DNA of 64,000 nucleotides from Yuukianura sp. NJ FZ-2021. Its lineage: Eukaryota. The stretch lies in the NCBI GenBank assembly GCA_046563655.1, contig JAJCTO010000009.1:248001-312000 (forward strand), read 5' to 3'. Every line of letters starts with the position of its first letter. The stretch's first letter is position 1. Shown piece by piece: positions 38,422 to 50,400 of the stretch. Made by a program: the position numbers and the translations under genes. The notes below the pieces were generated by a model. That model made no database searches and had not been told where the DNA came from. It saw only the letters and a list, made by a program, of their open reading frames with translations.

Positions 38422-39720
38422 ATGGAAATTGACGTCCCAATAAACTCCAAGTTGGTCAGAAAAAGCCCCAAATTTAACCTCTTCTCGCGACCCGACACCG
38501 ACGTGTCTTATATTTTGGGAAACTACTTGAAAGTAAAGCCGTTCGGGCCGACAAAGGATGACGGACCAATTTATTTTTCTGTGCAACAAATGTCATATTT
38601 GGACTTGTCGGATTCCTTTTTGAAATTTGTCGTCTCAATTAAGAAGAGTGATGGCACCGCACTTACCGACACAGATAAGATTGCACCGGAAAATTTATTT
38701 TTTCACACATTTATCGACGATTTTAAAGTCACAGTCAACAGCTGCCAAGTAATCGCACAAGGATTCAAGGCATATTCCTACGAGTCATGGCTGCTCACAC
38801 AACTAATTAATGGAATTGGGTCCAAGTCGAGTACATTGTCGAAAGAAATTTACTACGCTGGAGACGTAATGGACAACTATGATGCCACCAACGTCAGCTA
38901 CAAGACGCGATTAGACTTGGCAAAAAAGAGTCAACTGTTTGAAATGATTGGACGACCAAATCTTGGAATTTTCACAACGCAAAAGCTGTTTCCACCAAAA
39001 ACTGAATTCAATTTCGAAATAAAGAGGAGTGAACCGTCATTCTGTCTGAGAGGACCGGAGACTACTACTCAATACAAAATTGAAGTCGAATCGGCCGAGT
39101 TTTATGTTCGACAAGTCTACCCAAGCGAAAAAGTGATGACACAAATACGGCAAGGGTTCGCAAAAAACAAAATTGCTTGCTACACTTATGATCAGGCGCA
39201 CATGCAAGTAGAATACGTTCCGGCCAGCCTAAACTGTATCGAGTTGCCGAGAGTTTACCAGTCTTCGAAAATTCCTAAAGCTGTTTTTGTCGCATTTATT
39301 GAACGAGATATTTACGACGGAAAAGTCCAAAGTTCACCATTCAACTTTAAACCTCATGGGGTAAACCGGCTTGTGTTAAAGTTTGAAAACAGACCAGTGG
39401 TGTTTGAGGAAATGGTTTTCAAAGACAAAAACTACATGCTCGCATACCAAAACTTGTGCAAACTAATTGGAAGTGGTGGAAACGACATTACCTATCAGCA
39501 GTTTGTCAACGGCAACGCAGTTTTTGCATTTGACCTTCAAGACTTGTGGGCAGATGGATTTACTGCAGGACGAATGGGACAACTTGGCCTGGAAATAAGC
39601 TTTGACGCCGCGATTCCGAAAGATCTAGTTGTGCTTGTCGTCGGCATCGAAGATGAAACACTGCAAATTGCAGGAAATGGAATTACCGGACTTGCCTCTA
39701 CTAAAAAAATATTTTTCTAA
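38422..39720 (+). CDS. Polinton/Maverick-type major capsid protein (hexon, double jelly roll), 432 aa
   Basis: Maverick MCP motifs occur in the expected order: FNLFSRPDTDVS (cf. LDLFxxPxTQTS), GPIYF, YLDLSDSFL, APENLFFHTF (PVNxxLHSLF), AYSYESWLLTQL (YPYRAYIETLL), EMIGR..IF, RSEPSFCL, IPKAVFVAF, SPFNFKPH, YMLAYQNL, GNDIT, FAFDL and GQLGLEISF. The ATG is in AAAATGG context and the frame is intact. Confidence 0.92.
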   Translation: MEIDVPINSKLVRKSPKFNLFSRPDTDVSYILGNYLKVKPFGPTKDDGPIYFSVQQMSYLDLSDSFLKFVVSIKKSDGTALTDTDKIAPENLFFHTFIDDFKVTVNSCQVIAQGFKAYSYESWLLTQLINGIGSKSSTLSKEIYYAGDVMDNYDATNVSYKTRLDLAKKSQLFEMIGRPNLGIFTTQKLFPPKTEFNFEIKRSEPSFCLRGPETTTQYKIEVESAEFYVRQVYPSEKVMTQIRQGFAKNKIACYTYDQAHMQVEYVPASLNCIELPRVYQSSKIPKAVFVAFIERDIYDGKVQSSPFNFKPHGVNRLVLKFENRPVVFEEMVFKDKNYMLAYQNLCKLIGSGGNDITYQQFVNGNAVFAFDLQDLWADGFTAGRMGQLGLEISFDAAIPKDLVVLVVGIEDETLQIAGNGITGLASTKKIFF

Positions 39721-39792
39721 GTCAAATTTACGATAACCTATCGCTAAGTCTTTGCCTTGTTTTTGTAAAAAAAATTTTTTCACAATTTGTAA

Positions 39793-39835
39793 AATAAAGC
39801 AATTTTCTATGTCAAATCACATTTGTTTTTGTGTA
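39793..39835 (+). terminator. Putative polyadenylation signal for the major capsid gene
   Basis: AATAAA at 39793-39798, followed ~25 bp later by a GT/T-rich element (TTTGTTTTTGTGT). Confidence 0.55.
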
Positions 39836-40321
39836 CATTTATTTGTAGAGAAGTTTAACGCTAATGTGCTGTAGATTGTAAATTCTTGACGGTTAGAGGC
39901 AAAATTTTTCATGCAGGGTACGAACCTGGCTGGCTAAGCAATCATACCAGTTTTTACGAAACATTGTTTGAAAAGCAAAAGCAAAGCACGCACCACTAAA
40001 TTCTCTACGCTTATCATCTATGGGTTTCATAAGTTGAGGGAAAGTGCAGCGTCAAGCTTTTACGATTTGGCAGAACATGTCGCCAGAATGAAATGTAAGG
40101 GCTCCGCATTTGTCTTCCTCATTTCGAGTTGGATTGTTTCACCCGAGAAGGGCCTCAGCCATTGAGAAGATGCCATTCCCATTCTGCAAAAAGTATATTC
40201 CTGTAATGTGATTAGGGTAAAAGGAGATGCTACTTTGCATACGCGATCTCCCCCCAAATCCAAAAACCCCCTGTCGTGAGGTAAGCTCTCCAAAAATACA
40301 AATCCACTTAACAAAAAAATA

Positions 40322-41379
40322 TAATCGCCTCCATTCTTTATTGCAGAGCACGAAAACTTAAGGTGTGACCTCAGTGCAGTGACCGCATTGGGTTATGGGC
40401 TTGCATACAAGGTAAAGTGTCGTCGACCAATCAAATTGCACCATTTCCTTTGGCCACGCCCCCTTTGAAATGCTAAAGATTGACTGGCCAAAGACTGAGG
40501 CTTGCCACGCCCCCCGGGCGTAGTGGCACTCGGATATTTGACCTTTGACCTATTTGAGTTTTCCCGTCTTCCTGTCTCCGTTTTCCATCAAAACTACCAA
40601 TGTGGGTGTTTCTGTTGGTCAGAGAAAGGAGTGTGTGTGCAAAAGGAAGGGTGACGAAGGGGAACAAGGAAAATGCACCTGCCACCTATTCTCACAACAA
40701 AAGTGCCACATTTTGAATTTACATGCACTTTTATATGCTACGACCATGTAAAGTACTATAACGGGTAATTGTAGTATTACTATAACATAGTATGCTGTAC
40801 TATGCCCAATCCTTGCAATAGAATTTAATTTACACTGCACCGCAATTGTTTCCGTGCTCTTGGGGTAAGTGAAAGTCGTTGATGAAAGCTGCCTCTCCCA
40901 TTTGCGCAGTGACCTTGAGATGGGATAGCATAATGGTGCAAGCTTTTCTCCCAAAGTGGCGTGACCTTGAGAATGGGGGTGCAGGGATTCCCGTGACCTT
41001 GAGATTTGGGGGTGGCTTTGTTTGGGTAAAGTCAATGATTCTGCAAATGCCAATGTGGGCTGCGACCTTGAAAGCGATGGGTTATCGGATTGGCATGACC
41101 TAGATATTCTGGGGGAGCCCGGGGGGTCTGGGGCAATGAGTTATTAATTTCATACTTGCGTGTAGGAGGGACCAGTCACGGGGGGGCGGTTACTATAAGG
41201 GGGGGATACAGGGGAGCAGCTTACCAGAAGGGGGGGGGGTGAGAATGGGGTGGCATTGGTGGATTGGTGAGGGGAACGGTGTGATTGGGGGGTGATCTTT
41301 TTTGTACTGGGCGTTTGACCTATCCCAATTCCATGTGGGGAGGTATCCCCACAAACCCCTCTCTAGCCTTCGTGGTTCC
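40322..41379 (-). repeat. Right terminal inverted repeat (1058 bp)
   Basis: Runs from TAATCGCCTCCATT to CTCTCTAGCCTTCGTGGTTCC and is the reverse complement of 35180-36234. Confidence 0.97.
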
Positions 41380-41432
41380 CTCGTCCTCCTCTGCTCCTGT
41401 ACTCCTCCGCTTCTTCTGGCAGTTGCATCATC

Positions 41433-44400
41433 ATCTACGAACGTTTTGCAAGTATTTTGCCTCAATTACGCGTAGACTTACTGCAGCCGGAAGGCGTTTG
41501 GTGGACATTGATAAAAGCTGAAAATTTAGGCATGCGACAGGGACTTGTTATGTGCCTGAGAATACTATTTAAATTTTCAAACCAGATTTAAACGCGCAGT
41601 AAATTTTTTCCTGGCCATTCTTCCCTTAAGAACGACTTCAGTATTTTCTCGGCAAGAGCTAGGTTTGAAAATCCTCCGAACAACCTTATTAAGTGTAGGA
41701 TGCTCCCCGCTCGAACACAATCTACGAACGTTTTGCAAGTATTTTGCCTCAATTACGCGTAAACTTACTGCAGCCGGAAGGCGTGTGGTGGACATTGATA
41801 AAAACTGAAAATTTAGGCATGCGACAGGGACTTGTTATGTGCCTGAGAATACTATTTAAATTTTCAAACCAGATTTAAATGCGCAGTAATTTTGTTGCTG
41901 GCCATTCTTCACTTAAGAACGACTTCAGTATTTTCTCGGCAAGAGCTAGGTTTGAAAATCCTCCGAACAACCTTATTAAGTGTAGGATGCTCCCCGCTCG
42001 AACACAATCTACGAACGTTTTGCAAGTATTTTGCCTCAATTACGCGTAAACTTACTGCAGCCGGAAGGCGGTTGGTGGACATTGATAAAAGGTAAAAATT
42101 TAGGCACTCGACAGGGACTTGTTATGTGCCTGAGAATACTATTTAAATTTTCAAACCAGATTTAAATGCGCAGTAATTTTGTTGCTGGCCATTCTTCACT
42201 TAAGAACGACTTCAGTATTTTCTCGGCAAGAGCTAGGTTTGAAAATCCTCCGAACAACCTTATTAAGTGTAGGATGCTCCCCGCTCGAACACAATCTACG
42301 AACGTTTTGCAAGTATTTTGCCTCAATTACGCGTAAACTTACTGCAGCCGGAAGGCGGTTGGTGGACATTGATAAAAGGTAAAAATTTAGGCACTCGACA
42401 GGGACTTGTTATGTGCCTGAGAATACTATTTAAATTTTCAAACCAGATTTAAATGCGCAGTAATTTTGTTGCTGGCCATTCTTCACTTAAGAACGACTTC
42501 AGTATTTTCTCGGCAAGAGCTAGGTTTGAAAATCCTCCGAACAACCTTATTAAGTGTAGGATGCTCCCCGCTCGAACACAATCTACGAACGTTTTGCAAG
42601 TATTTTGCCTCAATTACGCGTAAACTTACTGCAGCCGGAAGGCGGTTGGTGGACATTGATAAAAGTTAAAAATTTAGGCACTCGACAGGGACTTGTTATG
42701 TGCCTGAGAATACTATTTAAATTTTCAAACCAGATTTAAGTGCGCAGTGATTTCGTTATTGGCCATTTTTGCCTTAAGAACGACTTCAGTATTTTCGCGG
42801 CAAGAGCTAGATTTGAAAATCTTCCGAACAACCTTATTAAGTGTAGGATGCTCCCCGCTCGAACACAATCTACGAACGTTTTGCAAGTATTTTGCCTCAA
42901 TTACGCGTAAACTTACTGCAGCCGGAAGGCGGTTGGTGGACATTGATAAAAGCTAAAAATTTAGGCATACGACAGGGACTTGTTATGTGCCTGAGAATAC
43001 TATTTAAATTTTCAAACCAGATTTAAACGCGCAGTAAATTTTTTCCTGGCCATTCTTCCCTTAAGAACGACTTCAGTATTTTCTCGGCAAGAGCTAGGTT
43101 TGAAAATCCTCCGAACAACCTTATTAAGTGTAGGATGCTCCCCGCTCGAACACAATCTACGAACGTTTTGCAAGTATTTTGCCTCAATTACGCGTAAACT
43201 TACTGCAGCCGGAAGGCGTTTGGTGGACATTGATAAAAGGTAAAAATTTAGGCACTCGACAGGGACTTGTTATGTGCCTGAGAATACTATTTAAATTTTC
43301 AAACCAGATTTAAATGCGCAGTAATTTTGTTGCTGGCCATTCTTCACTTAAGAACGACTTCAGTATTTTCTCGGCAAGAGCTAGGTTTGAAAATCCTCCG
43401 AACAACCTTATTAAGTGTAGGATGCTCCCCGCTCGAACACAATCTACGAACGTTTTGCAAGTATTTTGCCTCAATTACGCGTAAACTTACTGCAGCCGGA
43501 AGGCGGTTGGTGGACATTGATAAAAGGTAAAAATTTAGGCACTCGACAGGGACTTGTTATGTGCCTGAGAATACTATTTAAATTTTCAAACCAGATTTAA
43601 ATGCGCAGTAATTTTGTTGCTGGCCATTCTTCACTTAAGAACGACTTCAGTATTTTCGCGGCAAGAGCTAGGTTTGAAAATCCTCCGAACAACCTTATTA
43701 AGTGTAGGATGCTCCCCGCTCGAACACAATCTACGAACGTTTTGCAAGTATTTTGCCTCAATTACGCGTAAACTTACTGCAGCCGGAAGGCGTTTGGTGG
43801 ACATTGATAAAAGCTAAAAATTTAGGCACTCGACAGGGACTTGTTATGTGCCTGAGAATACTATTTAAATTTTCAAACCAGATTTAAATGCGCAGTAATT
43901 TTGTTGCTGGCCATTCTTCACTTAAGAACGACTTCAGTATTTTCTCGGCAAGAGCTAGGTTTGAAAATCCTCCGAACAACCTTATTAAGTGTAGGATGCT
44001 CCCCGCTCGAACACAATCTACGAACGTTTTGCAAGTATTTTGCCTCAATTACGCGTAAACTTACTGCAGCCGGAAGGCGTTTGGTGGACATTGATAAAAG
44101 CTAAAAATTTAGGCATACGACAGGGACTTGTTATGTGCCTGAGAATACTATTTAAATTTTCAAACCAGATTTAAACGCGCAGTAAATTTTTTCCTGGCCA
44201 TTCTTCCCTTAAGAACGACTTCAGTATTTTCTCGGCAAGAGCTAGGTTTGAAAATCCTCCGAACAACCTTATTAAGTGTAGGATGCTCCCCGCTCGAACA
44301 CAATCTACGAACGTTTTGCAAGTATTTTGCCTCAATTACGCGTAAACTTACTGCAGCCGGAAGGCGGTTGGTGGACATTGATAAAAGGTAAAAATTTAGG

Positions 44401-47400
44401 CACTCGACAGGGACTTGTTATGTGCCTGAGAATACTATTTAAATTTTCAAACCAGATTTAAATGCGCAGTAATTTTGTTGCTGGCCATTCTTCACTTAAG
44501 AACGACTTCAGTATTTTCGCGGCAAGAGCTAGGTTTGAAAATCCTCCGAACAACCTTATTAAGTGTAGGATGCTCCCCGCTCGAACACAATCTACGAACG
44601 TTTTGCAAGTATTTTGCCTCAATTACGCGTAAACTTACTGCAGCCGGAAGGCGTGTGGTGGACATTGATAAAAACTGAAAATTTAGGCATGCGACAGGGA
44701 CTTGTTATGTGCCTGAGAATACTATTTAAATTTTCAAACCAGATTTAAATGCGCAGTAATTTTGTTGCTGGCCATTCTTCACTTAAGAACGACTTCAGTA
44801 TTTTCTCGGCAAGAGCTAGGTTTGAAAATCCTCCGAACAACCTTATTAAGTGTAGGATGCTCCCCGCTCGAACACAATCTACGAACGTTTTGCAAGTATT
44901 TTGCCTCAATTACGCGTAAACTTACTGCAGCCGGAAGGCGTGTGGTGGACATTGATAAAAACTGAAAATTTAGGCATGCGACAGGGACTTGTTATGTGCC
45001 TGAGAATACTATTTAAATTTTCAAACCAGATTTAAATGCGCAGTAATTTTGTTGCTGGCCATTCTTCACTTAAGAACGACTTCAGTATTTTCTCGGCAAG
45101 AGCTAGGTTTGAAAATCCTCCGAACAACCTTATTAAGTGTAGGATGCTCCCCGCTCGAACACAATCTACGAACGTTTTGCAAGTATTTTGCCTCAATTAC
45201 GCGTAAACTTACTGCAGCCGGAAGGCGGTTGGTGGACATTGATAAAAGTTAAAAATTTAGGCACTCGACAGGGACTTGTTATGTGCCTGAGAATACTATT
45301 TAAATTTTCAAACCAGATTTAAATGCGCAGTAATTTTGTTGCTGGCCATTCTTCACTTAAGAACGACTTCAGTATTTTCTCGGCAAGAGCTAGGTTTGAA
45401 AATCCTCCGAACAACCTTATTAAGTGTAGGATGCTCCCCGCTCGAACACAATCTACGAACGTTTTGCAAGTATTTTGCCTCAATTACGCGTAAACTTACT
45501 GCAGCCGGAAGGCGTGTGGTGGACATTGATAAAAACTGAAAATTTAGGCATGCGACAGGGACTTGTTATGTGCCTGAGAATACTATTTAAATTTTCAAAC
45601 CAGATTTAAATGCGCAGTAATTTTGTTGCTGGCCATTCTTCACTTAAGAACGACTTCAGTATTTTCTCGGCAAGAGCTAGGTTTGAAAATCCTCCGAACA
45701 ACCTTATTAAGTGTAGGATGCTCCCCGCTCGAACACAATCTACGAACGTTTTGCAAGTATTTTGCCTCAATTACGCGTAAACTTACTGCAGCCGGAAGGC
45801 GGTTGGTGGACATTGATAAAAGTTAAAAATTTAGGCATGCGACAGGGACTTGTTATGTGCCTGAGAATACTATTTAAATTTTCAAACCAGATTTAAGTGC
45901 GCAGTAATTTCGTTATTGGCCATTTTTCACTTAAGAACGACTTCAGTATTTTCTCGGCAAGAGCTAGGTTTGAAAATCCTCCGAACAACCTTATTAAGTG
46001 TAGGATGCTCCCCGCTCGAACACAATCTACGAACGTTTTGCAAGTATTTTGCCTCAATTACGCGTAAACTTACTGCAGCCGGAAGGCGGTTGGTGGACAT
46101 TGATAAAAGGTAAAAATTTAGGCATGCGACAGGGACTTGTTATGTGCCTGAGAATACTATTTAAATTTTCAAACCAGATTTAAATGCGCAGTAATTTTGT
46201 TGCTGGCCATTCTTCACTTAAGAACGACTTCAGTATTTTCGCGGCAAGAGCTAGGTTTGAAAATCCTCCGAACAACCTTATTAAGTGTAGGATGCTCCCC
46301 GCTCGAACACAATCTACGAACGTTTTGCAAGTATTTTGCCTCAATTACGCGTAAACTTACTGCAGCCGGAAGGCGGTTGGTGGACATTGATAAAAGGTAA
46401 AAATTTAGGCACTCGACAGGGACTTGTTATGTGCCTGAGAATACTATTTAAATTTTCAAACCAGATTTAAACGCGCAGTAAATTTTTTCCTGGCCATTCT
46501 TCCCTTAAGAACGACTTCAGTATTTTCTCGGCAAGAGCTAGGTTTGAAAATCCTCCGAACAACCTTATTAAGTGTAGGATGCTCCCCGCTCGAACACAAT
46601 CTACGAACGTTTTGCAAGTATTTTGCCTCAATTACGCGTAAACTTACTGCAGCCGGAAGGCGGTTGGTGGACATTGATAAAAGTTAAAAATTTAGGCACT
46701 CGACAGGGACTTGTTATGTGCCTGAGAATACTATTTAAATTTTCAAACCAGATTTAAATGCGCAGTAATTTCGTTCCTGGCCATTTTTCACTTAAGAACG
46801 ACTTCAGTATTTTCGCGGCAAGAGCTAGATTTGAAAATCTTCCGAACAACCTTATTAAGTGTAGGATGCTCCCCGCTCGAACACAATCTACGAACGTTTT
46901 GCAAGTATTTTGCCTCAATTACGCGTAAACTTACTGCAGCCGGAAGGCGGTTGGTGGACATTGATAAAAGCTAAAAATTTAGGCCTGCGACAGGGACTTG
47001 TTATGTGCCTGAGAATACTATTTAAATTTTCAAACCAGATTTAAATGCGCATTTTTTTCGTTCCTGGCCATTCTTCCCTTAAGAACGACTTCAGTATTTT
47101 CGCGGCAAGAGCTAGATTTGAAAATCCTCCGAACAACCTTATTAAGTGTAGGATGCTCCCCGCTCGAACACAAACTACGAGCGTTTTGCAAGTATTTTGC
47201 CTCAATTACGCGTAAACTTACTGCAGCCGGAAGGCGTTTGGTGGACATTGATAAAAGCTAAAAATTTAGGCCTGCGACAGGGACTTGTTATGTGCCTGAG
47301 AATACTATTTAAATTTTCAAACCAGATTTAAATGCGCAGTAATTTTGTTGCTGGCCATTCTTCACTTAAGAACGACTTCAGTATTTTCGCGGCAAGAGCT

Positions 47401-50400
47401 AGGTTTGAAAATCCTCCGAACAACCTTATTAAGTGTAGGATGCTCCCCGCTCGAACACAATCTACGAACGTTTTGCAAGTATTTTGCCTCAATTACGCGT
47501 AAACTTACTGCAGCCGGAAGGCGTTTGGTGGACATTGATAAAAGGTAAAAATTTAGGCACTCGACAGGGACTTGTTATGTGCCTGAGAATACTATTTAAA
47601 TTTTCAAACCAGATTTAAATGCGCAGTAATTTTGTTGCTGGCCATTCTTCACTTAAGAACGACTTCAGTATTTTCGCGGCAAGAGCTAGGTTTGAAAATC
47701 CTCCGAACAACCTTATTAAGTGTAGGATGCTCCCCGCTCGAACACAATCTACGAACGTTTTGCAAGTATTTTGCCTCAATTACGCGTAAACTTACTGCAG
47801 CCGGAAGGCGGTTGGTGGACATTGATAAAAGTTAAAAATTTAGGCACTCGACAGGGACTTGTTATGTGCCTGAGAATACTATTTAAATTTTCAAACCAGA
47901 TTTAAATGCGCAGTAATTTTGTTGCTGGCCATTCTTCACTTAAGAACGACTTCAGTATTTTCTCGGCAAGAGCTAGGTTTGAAAATCCTCCGAACAACCT
48001 TATTAAGTGTAGGATGCTCCCCGCTCGAACACAATCTACGAACGTTTTGCAAGTATTTTGCCTCAATTACGCGTAAACTTACTGCAGCCGGAAGGCGGTT
48101 GGTGGACATTGATAAAAGGTAAAAATTTAGGCATGCGACAGGGACTTGTTATGTGCCTGAGAATACTATTTAAATTTTCAAACCAGATTTAAATGCGCAG
48201 TAATTTCGTTCCTGGCCATTCTTCCCTTAAGAACGACTTCAGTATTTTCGCGGCAAGAGCTAGATTTGAAAATCCTCCGAACAACCTTATTAAGTGTAGG
48301 ATGCTCCCCGCTCGAACACAATCTACGAACGTTTTGCAAGTATTTTGCCTCAATTACGCGTAAACTTACTGCAGCCGGAAGGCGGTTGGTGGACATTGAT
48401 AAAAGGTAAAAATTTAGGCACTCGACAGGGACTTGTTATGTGCCTGAGAATACTATTTAAATTTTCAAACCAGATTTAAATGCGCAGTAATTTTGTTGCT
48501 GGCCATTCTTCACTTAAGAACGACTTCAGTATTTTCTCGGCAAGAGCTAGGTTTGAAAATCCTCCGAACAACCTTATTAAGTGTAGGATGCTCCCCGCTC
48601 GAACACAATCTACGAACGTTTTGCAAGTATTTTGCCTCAATTACGCGTAAACGTACTGCAGCCGGAAGGCGGTTGGTGGACATTGATAAAAGGTAAAAAT
48701 TTAGGCACTCGACAGGGACTTGTTATGTGCCTGAGAATACTATTTAAATTTTCATCCAGATTTAAATGCGCAGTGATTTCGTTATTGGCCATTTTTGCCT
48801 TAAGAACGACTTCAGTATTTTCGCGGCAAGAGCTAGATTTGAAAATCTTCCGAACAACCTTATTAAGTGTAGGATGCTCCCCGCTCGAACACAATCTACG
48901 AACGTTTTGCAAGTATTTTGCCTCAATTACGCGTAAACTTACTGCAGCCGGAAGGCGTTTGGTGGACATTGATAAAAGTTAAAAATTTAGGCACTCGACA
49001 GGGACTTGTTATGTGCCTGAGAATACTATTTAAATTTTCAAACCAGATTTAAACGCGCAGTAAATTTTTTCCTGGCCATTCTTCCCTTAAGAACGACTTC
49101 AGTATTTTCTCGGCAAGAGCTAGGTTTGAAAATCCTCCGAACAACCTTATTAAGTGTAGGATGCTCCCCGCTCGAACACAATCTACGAACGTTTTGCAAG
49201 TATTTTGCCTCAATTACGCGTAAACTTACTGCAGCCGGAAGGCGGTTGGTGGACATTGATAAAATCTAAAAATTTAGGCACTCGACAGGGACTTGTTATG
49301 TGCCTGAGAATACTATTTAAATTTTCAAACCAGATTTAAATGCGCAGTAATTTTGTTGCTGGCCATTCTTCACTTAAGAACGACTTCAGTATTTTCTCGG
49401 CAAGAGCTAGGTTTGAAAATCCTCCGAACAACCTTATTAAGTGTAGGATGCTCCCCGCTCGAACACAATCTACGAACGTTTTGCAAGTATTTTGCCTCAA
49501 TTACGCGTAAACTTACTGCAGCCGGAAGGCGGTTGGTGGACATTGATAAAAGCTAAAAATTTAGGCCTGCGACAGGGACTTGTTATGTGCCTGAGAATAC
49601 TATTTAAATTTTCAAACCAGATTTAAATGCGCATTTTTTTCGTTCCTGGCCATTCTTCCCTTAAGAACGACTTCAGTATTTTCGCGGCAAGAGCTAGATT
49701 TGAAAATCCTCCGAACAACCTTATTAAGTGTAGGATGCTCCCCGCTCGAACACAATCTACGAACGTTTTGCAAGTATTTTGCCTCAATTACGCGTAAACT
49801 TACTGCAGCCGGAAGGCGGTTGGTGGACATTGATAAAAGGTAAAAATTTAGGCACTCGACAGGGACTTGTTATGTGCCTGAGAATACTATTTAAATTTTC
49901 ATCCAGATTTAAACGCGCAGTAAATTTTTTCCTGGCCATTCTTCCCTTAAGAACGACTTCAGTATTTTCTCGGCAAGAGCTAGGTTTGAAAATCCTCCGA
50001 ACAACCTTATTAAGTGTAGGATGCTCCCCGCTCGAACACAATCTACGAACGTTTTGCAAGTATTTTGCCTCAATTACGCGTAAACTTACTGCAGCCGGAA
50101 GGCGGTTGGTGGACATTGATAAAAGCTAAAAATTTAGGCATGCGACAGGGACTTGTTATGTGCCTGAGAATACTATTTAAATTTTCAAACCAGATTTAAA
50201 TGCGCAGTAATTTCGTTCCTGGCCATTTTTCACTTAAGAACGACTTCAGTATTTTCGCGGCAAGAGCTAGATTTGAAAATCTTCCGAACAACCTTATTAA
50301 GTGTAGGATGCTCCCCGCTCGAACACAATCTACGAACGTTTTGCAAGTATTTTGCCTCAATTACGCGTAAACTTACTGCAGCCGGAAGGCGGTTGGTGGA

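Larger units (their letters stand above)
35180..41379 (+). mobile_element. Compact Polinton/Maverick-like (adintovirus-like) element of 6200 bp with ~1.06-kb TIRs, encoding only structural genes
   Basis: Long inverted repeats at both ends enclose penton-like and hexon-like ORFs. There is no room for pPolB or integrase and no recognisable ORF for the ATPase or protease. No direct TSD is visible. Confidence 0.85.

Noticed and set aside
39968..40351. Short ORFs between the MCP gene and the right TIR
   Set aside because: They are 65-84 aa with non-ATG starts, and show no Walker A, integrase DDE, protease or pPolB motifs.
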